This document shows, one piece after another, positions 29,501 to 43,056 of a stretch of DNA of 64,000 bases. Location of the stretch: assembly GCA_964057225.1 (NCBI GenBank), contig OZ059900.1, positions 15,314,001 to 15,378,000 on the forward strand, given 5' to 3'. The notes under the pieces were generated by a model. The model was not told where the DNA came from and ran no database searches. It was given only the letters and a program-made list of their open reading frames with translations. The stretch's first letter is position 1; each line of letters starts with the position of its first letter. The translations under genes and the position numbers were made by a program. The stretch comes from Auanema rhodensis (taxonomy: Eukaryota; Animalia; Nematoda).

Positions 29501-32500
29501 CAAAATTGTTCGTACAACGTCTAGTTCCACTTTCACGACAAAAAAACAGGGGTTAGAAAATTTAGGAAATTAGCATATTCTGAGGGCACGCCCCTTATGG
29601 CTAATATTGATTAAATCGATTTTTGTTCATATGAGTCGTCAAATGCAACGAATTTCAGCGTGTTACATACTAAAATGAAGTATTTTGCATGCTGAACACT
29701 AGAAAAATACAAAAACACAGTATTTCCCATGAGAAATATTTTATTATGCTGGAAAACCAGTTTTTGGAAATTTCGCTGTAAACAAGGTTTTGACTTACGA
29801 TTTCATGTGTTCAAACTCATGCAATGTCAATGAAACCTAGCTCAAAATTGTTCCTACAACGTCTAGTTCCACTTTCACGACAAAAAACAGGGGTTAGAAA
29901 ATTAAGGAAATTAGCATAATCTGAGGGCACGCCCCTTATGGCTAATATTGATTAAATCGATTTTTGTTCATATGAGTCGTCAAATGCAACGAATTTCAGC
30001 GTGTCACATACTTAAATGAAGCATTTTACATGCTGAACACTAGAAAAATACAAAAACACAGTATTTCCCATGAGAAATATTTTATTATGCTGGAAAACCA
30101 CTTTTTGGAAATTTCGCTGTAAACAAGGTTTTGACTTACGATTTCAAGTGTTCAAACTCATGCAATGTCAATGAAACCTAGCTCAAAACTGTTCCTACAA
30201 CGTCTAGTTCCACTTTCACGACAAAAAAACAGGGGTTAGAAAATTAAGGAAATTAGCATATTCTGAGGGCACGACCCTTATGGCTAATATTGATTAAATC
30301 GATTTTTGTTCATATGAGTCGTCAAATGCAACGAATTTCAGCGTGTTACATACTAAAATGAAGCATTTTACATGCTGAACACCATAAAAATACAAAAACA
30401 CAGTATTTCCCATGAGAAATATTTTATTATGCTGGAAAACCAGTTTTTGGAAGTTTCGCTGTAAACAAGGTTTTGACTTACGATTTCATGTGTTCAAACT
30501 CATGCAATGTCAATGAAACCTAGCTCAAAATTGTTCCTACAACGTCTAATTCCACTTTCACGACAAAAAAACAGGGGTTAGAAAATTAAGGAAATTAGCA
30601 TATTCTGAGGGCACGCCCCTTATGGCTAATATTGATTAAATCGATTTTTGTTCATATGAGTCGTCAAATGCAACGAATTTCAGCGTGTTACATACTAAAA
30701 TGAAGCATTTCACATGCTGAACACTATAAAAATACAAAAACACAGTATTTCCCATGAGAAATATTTTATTATGCTGGAAAACCAGTTTTTGGAAATTTCG
30801 CTGTAAACAAGGTTTTGACTTACGATTTCATGTGTTCAAACTCATGCAATGTCAATGAAACCTAGCTCAAAATTGTTCCTACAACGTCTAGTTCCACTTT
30901 CACGACAAAAAACAGGGGTTAGAAAATTAAGGAAATTAGCATATTCTGAGGGCACGCCCCTTATGGCTAATATTGATTAAATCGATTTTTGTTCATATGA
31001 GTCGTCAAATGCAACGAATTTCAGCGTGTTACATACTAAAATGAAGCATTTTACATGCTGAACACTAGAAAAATACAAAAACACAGTATTTCCCATGAGA
31101 AATATTTTATTATGCTGGAAAACCAGTTTTTGGAAATTTCGCTGTAAACAAGGTTTTGACTTACGATTTCATGTGTTCAAACTCATGCAATGTCAATGAA
31201 ACCTAGCTCAAAATTGTTCCTACAACGTCTAGTTCCACTTTCACGACAACAAAACAGGGGTTAGAAAATTAAGGAAATTAGCATATTCTGAGGGCACGCC
31301 CCTTATGGCTAATATTGATTAAATCGATTTTTGTTCATATGAGTCGTCAAATGCAACGAATTTCAGCGTGTTACATACTAAAATGAAGCATTTCACATGC
31401 TGAACACTAGAAAAATACAAAAACACAGTATTTCCCATAAGAAATATTTTATTATGCTGGAAAACCAGTTTTTGGAAAGTTCGCTGTAAACAAGGTTTTG
31501 ACTTACGATTTCATGTGTTCAAACTCATGCAATGTCAATGAAACCTAGCTCAAAATTGTTCCTACAACGTCTAGTTCCACTTTCACGACAACAAAACAGG
31601 GGTTAGAAAATTAAGGAAATTAGCATATTCTGAGGGCACGCCCTTTATGGCTAATATTGATTAAATCGATTTTTGTTCATATGAGTCGTCAAATGCAACG
31701 AATTTCAGCGTGTTACATACTAAAATGAAACATTTTACATGCTGAACACTATAAAAATACAAAAACACAGTATTTCCCATGAGAAATATTTTATTATGCT
31801 GGAAAACCAGTTTTTGGAAATTTCGCTGTAAACAAGGTTTTGACTTACGATTTCATGTGTTCAAACTCATGCAATGTCAATGAAACCTAGCTCAAAATTG
31901 TTCCTACAACGTCTAGTTCCACTTTCACGACAAAAAAACAGGGGTTAGAAAATTAAGGAAATTAGCATATTCTGAGGGCACGCCCCTTATGGCTAATATT
32001 GATTAAATCGATTTTTGTTCATATGAGTCGTCAAATGAAACGAATTTCAGCGTGTTACATACTAAAATGAAGCATTTTACATGCTGAACACTAGAAAAAT
32101 ACAAAAACACAGTATTTCCCATGAGAAATATTTTATTATGCTGGAAAACCAGTTTTTGGAAATTTCGCTGTAAACAAGGTTTTGACTTACGATTTCATGT
32201 GTTCAAACTCATGCAATGTCAATGAAACCTAGCTCAAAATTGTTCCTACAACGTCTAGTTCCACTTTCACGACAACAAAACAGGGGTTAGAAAATTAAGG
32301 AAATTAGCATATTCTGAGGGCACGCCCCTTATGGCTAATATTGATTAAATCGATTTTTGTTCATATGAGTCGTCAAATGCAACGAATTTCAGCGTGTTAC
32401 ATACTAAAATGAAGCATTTCACATGCTGAACACTAGAAAAAAACAAAAACACAGTATTTCCCATGAGAAATATTTTATTATGCTGGAAAACCAGTTTTTG

Positions 32501-35500
32501 GAAATTTCGCTGTAAACAAGGTTTTGACTTACGATTTCATGTGTTCAAACTCATGCAATGTCAATGAAACCTAGCTCAAAATTGTTATTACAACGTCTAG
32601 TTCCACTTTCACGACAAAAAAACAGGGGTTAGAAAATTAAGGAAATTAGCATATTCTGAGGGCACGCCTCTTATGGCTAATATTGATTAAATCGATTTTT
32701 GTTCATATGAGTCGTCAAATGCAACGAATTTCAGCGTGTTACATACTAAAATGAAGCATTTTACATGCTGAACACTATAAAAATACAAAAACACAGTATT
32801 TCCCATGAGAAATATTTTATTATGCTGGAAAACCAGTTTTTGGAAATTTCGCTGTAAACAAGGTTTTGACTTACGATTTCATGTGTTCAAACTCATGCAA
32901 TGTCAATGAAACCTAGCTCAAAATTGTTCCTACAACGTCTAGTTCCACTTTCACGACAAAAAACAGGGGTTAGAAAATTAAGGAAATTAGCATATTCTGA
33001 GGGCACGCCCCTTATGGCTAATATTGATTAAATCGATTTTTGTTCATATGAGTCGTCAAATGCAACGAATTTCAGCGTGTTACATACTAAAATGAAGCAT
33101 TTCACATGCTGAACACTAGAAAAATACAAAAACACAGTATTTCCCATGAGAAATATTTTATTATGCTGGAAAACCAGTTTTTGGAAATTTCGCTGTAAAC
33201 AAGTTTTTGACTTACGATTTCATGTGTTCAAACTCATGCAATGTCAATGAAACCTAGCTCAAAATTGTTCCTACAACGTCTAGTTCCACTTTCACGACAA
33301 AAAAACAGGGGTTAGAAAATTAAGGAAATTAGCATATTCTGAGGGCACGCCCCTTATGGCTAATATTGATTAAATCGATTTTTGTTCATATGAGTCGTCA
33401 AATGCAACGAATTTCAGCGTGTTACATACTAAAATGAAGCATTTCACATGCTGAACACTAGAAAAATACAAAAACACAGTATTTCCCATGAGAAATATTT
33501 TATTATGCTGGAAAACCAGTTTTTGGAAATTTCGCTGTAAACAAGGTTTTGACTTACGATTTCATGTGTTCAAACTCATGCAATGTCAATGAAACCTAGC
33601 TCAAAATTGTTCCTACAACGTCTAGTTCCACTTTCACGACAAAAAAACAGGGGTTAGAAAATTAAGGAAATCAGCATATTCTGAGGGCACGCCCCTTATG
33701 GCTAATATTGATTAAATCGATTTTTGTTCATATGAGTCGTCAAATGCAACGAATTTCAGCGTGTTACATACTAAAATGAAGTATTTTACATGCTGAACAC
33801 TAGAAAAATACAAAAACACTGTATTTCCCATGAGAAATATTTTATTATGCTGGAAAACCAGTTTTTGGAAATTTCGCTGTAAACAAGGTTTTGACTTACG
33901 ATTTCATGTGTTCAAACTCATGCAATGTCAATGAAACCTAGCTCAAAATTGTTCCTACAACGTCTAATTCCACTTTCACGACAAAAAAACAGATGTTAGA
34001 AAATTAAGGAAATTAGCATATTCTGAGGGCACGCCCCTTATGGCTAATATTGATTAAATCGATTTTTGTTCATATGAGTCGTCAAATGCAACGAATTTCA
34101 GCGTGTTACATACTAAAATGAAGCATTTTACATGCTGAACACTAGAAAAATACAAAAACACAGTTTTTCCCATGAGAAATATTTTATTATGCTGGAAAAC
34201 CAGTTTTTGGAAATTTCGCTGTAAACAAGGTTTTGACTTACGATTTCATGTGTTCAAACTCATGCAATGTCAATGAAACCTAGCTCAAAACTGTTCGTAC
34301 AACGTCTAGTTCCACTTTCACGACAAAAAAACAGGGGTTAGAAAATTTAGGAAATTAGCATATTCTGAGGGCACGCCCCTTATGGCTAATATTGATTAAA
34401 TCGATTTTTGTTCATATGAGTCGTCAAATGCAACGAATTTCAGCGTGTTACATACTAAAATGAAGTATTTTACATGCTGAACACTAGAAAAATACAAAAA
34501 CACAGTATTTCCCATGAGAAATATTTTATTATGCTGGAAAACCAGTTTTTGGAAATTTCGCTGTAAACAAGGTTTTGACTTACGATTTCATGTGTTCAAA
34601 CTCATGCAATGTCAATGAAACCTAGCTCAAAATTGTTCCTACAACGTCTAGTTCCACTTTCACGACAAAAAACAGGGGTTAGAAAATTAAGGAAATTAGC
34701 ATATTCTGAGGGCACGCCCCTTATGGCTAATATTGATTAAATCGATTTTTGTTCATATGAGTCGTCAAGTGCAACGAATTTCAGCGTGTTACATACTAAA
34801 ATAAAGCATTTTACATGCTGAACACTAGAAAAATACAAAAACACAGTATTTCCCATGAGAAATATTTTATTATGCTGGAAAACCAGTTTTTGGAAATTTC
34901 GCTGTAAACAAGGTTTTGACTTACGATTTCATGTGTTCAAACTCATGCAATGTCAATGAAACCTAGCTCAAAATTGTTCCTACAACGTCTAGTTCCACTT
35001 TCACGACAAAAAACAGGGGTTAGAAAATTAAGGAAATTAGCATATTCTGAGGGCACGCCCCTTATGGCTAATATTGATTAAATCGATTTTTGTTCATATG
35101 AGTCGTCAAATGCAACGAATTTCAGCGTGTTACATACTAAAATGAAGCATTTCACATGCTGAACACTAGAAAAATACAAAAACACAGTATTTCCCATGAG
35201 AAATATTTTATTATGCTGGAAAACCAGTTTTTGGAAATTTCGCTGTAAACAAGTTTTTGACTTACGATTTCATGTGTTCAAACTCATGCAATGTCAATGA
35301 AACCTAGCTCAAAATTGTTCCTACAACGTCTAGTTCCACTTTCACGACAAAAAAACAGGGGTTAGAAAATTAAGGAAATTAGCATATTCTGAGGGCACGC
35401 CTCTTATGGCTAATATTGATTAAATCGATTTTTGTTCATATGAGTCGTCAAATGCAACGAATTTCAGCGTGTTACATACTAAAATGAAGCATTTTACATG

Positions 35501-38500
35501 CTGAACACTATAAAAATACAAAAACACAGTATTTCCCATGAGAAATATTTTATTATGCTGGAAAACCAGTTTTTGGAAATTTCGCTGTAAACAAGTTTTT
35601 GACTTACGATTTCATGTGTTCAAACTCATGCAATGTCAATGAAACCTAGCTCAAAATTGTTCCTACAACGTCTAGTTCCACTTTCACGACAAAAAAACAG
35701 GGGTTAGAAAATTAAGGAAATTAGCATATTCTGAGGGCACGCCCCTTATGGCTAATATTGATTAAATCGATTTTTGTTCATATGAGTCGTCAAATGCAAC
35801 GAATTTCAGCGTGTTACATACTAAAATGAAGCATTTCACATGCTGAACACTAGAAAAATACAAAAACACAGTATTTCCCATGAGAAATATTTTATTATGC
35901 TGGAAAACCAGTTTTTGGAAATTTCGCTGTAAACAAGGTTTTGACTTACGATTTCATGTGTTCAAACTCATGCAATGTCAATGAAACCTAGCTCAAAATT
36001 GTTCCTACAACGTCTAGTTCCACTTTCACGACAAAAAAACAGGGGTTAGAAAATTAAGGAAATCAGCATATTCTGAGGGCACGCCCCTTATGGCTAATAT
36101 TGATTAAATCGATTTTTGTTCATATGAGTCGTCAAATGCAACGAATTTCAGCGTGTTACATACTAAAATGAAGTATTTTACATGCTGAACACTAGAAAAA
36201 TACAAAAACACTGTATTTCCCATGAGAAATATTTTATTATGCTGGAAAACCAGTTTTTGGAAATTTCGCTGTAAACAAGGTTTTGACTTACGATTTCATG
36301 TGTTCAAACTCATGCAATGTCAATGAAACCTAGCTCAAAATTGTTCCTACAACGTCTAATTCCACTTTCACGACAAAAAAACAGGGGTTAGAAAATTAAG
36401 GAAATTAGCATATTCTGAGGGCACGCCCCTTATGGCTAATATTGATTAAATCGATTTTTGTTCATATGAGTCGTCAAATGCAACGAATTTCAGCGTGTTA
36501 CATACTAAAATGAAGCATTTCACATGCTGAACACTAGAAAAATACAAAAACACAGTATTTCCCATGAGAAATATTTTATTATGCTGGAAAACCAGTTTTT
36601 GGAAATTTCGCTGTAAACAAGGTTTTGACTTACGATTTCATGTGTTCAAACTCATGCAATGTCAATGAAACCTAGCTCAAAATTGTTCCTACAACGTCTA
36701 GTTCCACTTTCACGACAAAAAACAGGGGTTAGAAAATTAAGGAAATTAGCATATTCTGAGGGCACGCCCCTTATGGCTAATATTGATTAAATCGATTTTT
36801 GTTCATATGAGTCGTCAAATGCAACGAATTTCAGCGTGTTACATACTAAAATGAAGCATTTCACATGCTGAACACTAGAAAAATACAAAAACACAGTATT
36901 TCCCATGAGAAATATTTTATTATGCTGGAAAACCAGTTTTTGGAAATTTCGCTGTAAACAAGTTTTTGACTTACGATTTCATGTGTTCAAACTCATGCAA
37001 TGTCAATGAAACCTAGCTCAAAATTGTTCCTACAACGTCTAGTTCCACTTTCACGACAAAAAAACAGGGGTTAGAAAATTAAGGAAATTAGCATATTCTG
37101 AGGGCACGCCTCTTATGGCTAATATTGATTAAATCGATTTTTGTTCATATGAGTCGTCAAATGCAACGAATTTCAGCGTGTTACATACTAAAATGAAGCA
37201 TTTTACATGCTGAACACTATAAAAATACAAAAACACAGTATTTCCCATGAGAAATATTTTATTATGCTGGAAAACCAGTTTTTGGAAATTTCGCTGTAAA
37301 CAAGGTTTTGACTTACGATTTCATGTGTTCAAACTCATGCAATGTCAATGAAACCTAGCTCAAAATTGTTCCTACAACGTCTAGTTCCACTTTCACGACA
37401 AAAAAACAGGGGTTAGAAAATTAAGGAAATTAGCATATTCTGAGGGCACGCCCCTTATGGCTAATATTGATTAAATCGATTTTTGTTCATATGAGTCGTC
37501 AAATGCAACGAATTTCAGCGTGTTACATACTAAAATGAAGCATTTTACATGCTGAACACTAGAAAAATACAAAAACACAGTATTTCCCATGAGAAATATT
37601 TTATTATGCTGGAAAACCAGTTTTTGGAAATTTCGCTGTAAACAAGGTTTTGACTTACGATTTCATGTGTTCAAACTCATGCAATGTCAATGAAACCTAG
37701 CTCAAAATTGTTCCTACAACGTCTAGTTCCACTTTCACGACAAAAAAACAGGGGTTAGAAAATTTAGGAAATTAGCATATTCTGAGGGCACGCCCCTTAT
37801 GGCTAATATTGATTAAATCGATTTTTGTTCATATGAGTCGTCAAATGCAACGAATTTCAGCGTGTTACATACTAAAATGAAGTATTTTACATGCTGAACA
37901 CTAGAAAAATACAAAAACACAGTATTTCCCATGAGAAATATTTTATTATGCTGGAAAACCAGTTTTTGGAAATTTCGCTGTAAACAAGGTTTTGACTTAC
38001 GATTTCATGTGTTCAAACTCATGCAATGTCAATGAAACCTAGCTCAAAATTGTTCCTACAACGTCTAGTTCCACTTTCACGACAAAAAAACAGGGGTTAG
38101 AAAATTAAGGAAATTAGCATATTCTGAGGGCACGCCCCTTATGGCTAATATTGATTAAATCGATTTTTGTTCATATGAGTCGTCAAATGCAACGAATTTC
38201 AGCGTGTTACATACTAAAATGAAGTATTTTACATGCTGAACACTATAAAAATACAAAAACACAGTATTTCCCATGAGAAATATTTTATTATGCTGGAAAA
38301 CCAGTTTTTGGAAATTTCGCTGTAAACAAGGTTTTGACTTACGATTTCATGTGTTCAAACTCATGCAATGTCAATGAAACCTAGCTCAAAATTGTTCCTA
38401 CAACGTCTAGTTCCACTTTCACGACAAAAAACAGGGGTTAGAAAATTAAGGAAATTAGCATATTCTGAGGGCACGCCCCTTATGGCTAATATTGATTAAA

Positions 38501-41500
38501 TCGATTTTTGTTCATATGAGTCGTCAAATGCAACGAATTTCAGCGTGTTACATACTAAAATGAAGCATTTTACATGCTGAACACTAGAAAAATACAAAAA
38601 CACAGTATTTCCCATGAGAAATATTTTATTATGCTGGAAAACCAGTTTTTGGAAATTTCGCTGTAAACAAGGTTTTGACTTACGATTTCATGTGTTCAAA
38701 CTCATGCAATGTCAATGAAACCTAGCTCAAAATTGTTCCTACAACGTCTAGTTCCACTTTCACGACAACAAAACAGGGGTTAGAAAATTAAGGAAATTAG
38801 CATATTCTGAGGGCACGCCCTTTATGGCTAATATTGATTAAATCGATTTTTGTTCATATGAGTCGTCAAATGCAACGAATTTCAGCGTGTTACATACTAA
38901 AATGAAACATTTTACATGCTGAACACTATAAAAATACAAAAACACAGTATTTCCCATGAGAAATATTTTATTATGCTGGAAAACCAGTTTTTGGAAATTT
39001 CGCTGTAAACAAGGTTTTGACTTACGATTTCATGTGTTCAAACTCATGCAATGTCAATGAAACCTAGCTCAAAATTGTTCCTACAACGTCTAGTTCCACT
39101 TTCACGACAAAAAAACAGGGGTTAGAAAATTAAGGAAATTAGCATATTCTGAGGGCACGCCCCTTATGGCTAATATTGATTAAATCGATTTTTGTTCATA
39201 TGAGTCGTCAAATGAAACGAATTTCAGCGTGTTACATACTAAAATGAAGCATTTTACATGCTGAACACTAGAAAAATACAAAAACACAGTATTTCCCATG
39301 AGAAATATTTTATTATGCTGGAAAACCAGTTTTTGGAAATTTCGCTGTAAACAAGGTTTTGACTTACGATTTCATGTGTTCAAACTCATGCAATGTCAAT
39401 GAAACCTAGCTCAAAATTGTTCCTACAACGTCTAGTTCCACTTTCACGACAACAAAACAGGGGTTAGAAAATTAAGGAAATTAGCATATTCTGAGGGCAC
39501 GCCCCTTATGGCTAATATTGATTAAATCGATTTTTGTTCATATGAGTCGTCAAATGCAACGAATTTCAGCGTGTTACATACTAAAATGAAGCATTTCACA
39601 TGCTGAACACTAGAAAAATACAAAAACACAGTATTTCCCATGAGAAATATTTTATTATGCTGGAAAACCAGTTTTTGGAAATTTCGCTGTAAACAAGGTT
39701 TTGACTTACGATTTCATGTGTTCAAACTCATGCAATGTCAATGAAACCTAGCTCAAAATTGTTATTACAACGTCTAGTTCCACTTTCACGACAAAAAAAC
39801 AGGGGTTAGAAAATTAAGGAAATTAGCATATTCTGAGGGCACGCCTCTTATGGCTAATATTGATTAAATCGATTTTTGTTCATATGAGTCGTCAAATGCA
39901 ACGAATTTCAGCGTGTTACATACTAAAATGAAGCATTTTACATGCTGAACACTATAAAAATACAAAAACACAGTATTTCCCATGAGAAATATTTTATTAT
40001 ACTGGAAAACCAGTTTTTGGAAATTTCGCTGTAAACAAGGTTTTGACTTACGATTTCATGTGTTCAAACTCATGCAATGTCAATGAAACCTAGCTCAAAA
40101 TTGTTCCTACAACGTCTAGTTCCACTTTCACGACAAAAAACAGGGGTTAGAAAATTAAGGAAATTAGCATATTCTGAGGGCACGCCCCTTATGGCTAATA
40201 TTGATTAAATCGATTTTTGTTCATATGAGTCGTCAAATGCAACGAATTTCAGCGTGTTACATACTAAAATGAAGCATTTTACATGCTGAACACTAGAAAA
40301 ATACAAAAACACAGTATTTCCCATGAGAAATATTTTATTATGCTGGAAAACCAGTTTTTGGAAATTTCGCTGTAAACAAGGTTTTGACTTACGATTTCAT
40401 GTGTTCAAACTCATGCAATGTCAATGAAACCTAGCTCAAAATTGTTCCTACAACGTCTAGTTCCACTTTCACGACAACAAAACAGGGGTTAGAAAATTAA
40501 GGAAATTAGCATATTCTGAGGGCACGCCCCTTATGGCTAATATTGATTAAATCGATTTTTGTTCATATGAGTCGTCAAATGCAACGAATTTCAGCGTGTT
40601 ACATACTAAAATGAAGCATTTCACATGCTGAACACTAGAAAAATACAAAAACACAGTATTTCCCATAAGAAATATTTTATTATGCTGGAAAACCAGTTTT
40701 TGGAAAGTTCGCTGTAAACAAGGTTTTGACTTACGATTTCATGTGTTCAAACTCATGCAATGTCAATGAAACCTAGCTCAAAATTGTTCCTACAACGTCT
40801 AGTTCCACTTTCACGACAACAAAACAGGGGTTAGAAAATTAAGGAAATTAGCATATTCTGAGGGCACGCCCTTTATGGCTAATATTGATTAAATCGATTT
40901 TTGTTCATATGAGTCGTCAAATGCAACGAATTTCAGCGTGTTACATACTAAAATGAAACATTTTACATGCTGAACACTATAAAAATACAAAAACACAGTA
41001 TTTCCCATGAGAAATATTTTATTATGCTGGAAAACCAGTTTTTGGAAATTTCGCTGTAAACAAGGTTTTGACTTACGATTTCATGTGTTCAAACTCATGC
41101 AATGTCAATGAAACCTAGCTCAAAATTGTTCCTACAACGTCTAGTTCCACTTTCACGACAAAAAAACAGGGGTTAGAAAATTAAGGAAATTAGCATATTC
41201 TGAGGGCACGCCCCTTATGGCTAATATTGATTAAATCGATTTTTGTTCATATGAGTCGTCAAATGAAACGAATTTCAGCGTGTTACATACTAAAATGGAG
41301 CATTTTACATGCTGAACACTAGAAAAATACAAAAACACAGTATTTCCCATGAGAAATATTTTATTATGCTGGAAAACCAGTTTTTGGAAATTTCGCTGTA
41401 AACAAGGTTTTGACTTACGATTTCATGTGTTCAAACTCATGCAATGTCAATGAAACCTAGCTCAAAATTGTTCCTACAACGTCTAGTTCCACTTTCACGA

Positions 41501-43056
41501 CAACAAAACAGGGGTTAGAAAATTAAGGAAATTAGCATATTCTGAGGGCACGCCCCTTATGGCTAATATTGATTAAATCGATTTTTGTTCATATGAGTCG
41601 TCAAATGCAACGAATTTCAGCGTGTTACATACTAAAATGAAGCATTTCACATGCTGAACACTAGAAAAATACAAAAACACAGTATTTCCCATGAGAAATA
41701 TTTTATTATGCTGGAAAACCAGTTTTTGGAAATTTCGCTGTAAACAAGGTTTTGACTTACGATTTCATGTGTTCAAACTCATGCAATGTCAATGAAACCT
41801 AGCTCAAAATTGTTATTACAACGTCTAGTTCCACTTTCACGACAAAAAAACAGGGGTTAGAAAATTAAGGAAATTAGCATATTCTGAGGGCACGCCTCTT
41901 ATGGCTAATATTGATTAAATCGATTTTTGTTCATATGAGTCGTCAAATGCAACGAATTTCAGCGTGTTACATACTAAAATGAAGCATTTTACATGCTGAA
42001 CACTAGAAAAATACAAAAACACAGTATTTCCCATGAGAAATATTTTATTATGCTGGAAAACCAGTTTTTGGAAATTTCGCTGTAAACAAGGTTTTGACTT
42101 ACGATTTCATGTGTTCAAACTCATGCAATGTCAATGAAACCTAGCTCAAAATTGTTCCTACAACGTCTAGTTCCACTTTCACGACAACAAAACAGGGGTT
42201 AGAAAATTAAGGAAATTAGCATATTCTGAGGGCACGCCCCTTATGGCTAATATTGATTAAATCGATTTTTGTTCATATGAGTCGTCAAATGCAACGAATT
42301 TCAGCGTGTTACATACTAAAATGAAGCATTTCACATGCTGAACACTAGAAAAATACAAAAACACAGTATTTCCCATGAGAAATATTTTATTATGCTGGAA
42401 AACCAGTTTTTGGAAATTTCGCTGTAAACAAGGTTTTGACTTACGATTTCATGTGTTCAAACTCATGCAATGTCAATGAAACCTAGCTCAAAATTGTTAT
42501 TACAACGTCTAGTTCCACTTTCACGACAAAAAAACAGGGGTTAGAAAATTAAGGAAATTAGCATATTCTGAGGGCACGCCTCTTATGGCTAATATTGATT
42601 AAATCGATTTTTGTTCATATGAGTCGTCAAATGCAACGAATTTCAGCGTGTTACATACTAAAATGAAGCATTTTACATGCTGAACACTATAAAATTACAA
42701 AAACACAGTATTTCCCATGAGAAATATTTTATTATGCTGGAAAACCAGTTTTTGGAAATTTCGCTGTAAACAAGGTTTTGACTTACGATTTCATGTGTTC
42801 AAACTCATGCAATGTCAATGAAACCTAGCTCAAAATTGTTCCTACAACGTCTAGTTCCACTTTCACGACAACAAAACAGGGGTTAGAAAATTAAGGAAAT
42901 TAGCATATTCTGAGGGCACGCCCCTTATGGCTAATATTGATTAAATCGATTTTGGTTCATATGAGTCGTCAAATGCAACGAATTTCAGCGTGTTACATAC
43001 TAAAATGAAGCATTTCACATGCTGAACACTAGAAAAATACAAAAACACAGTATTTC

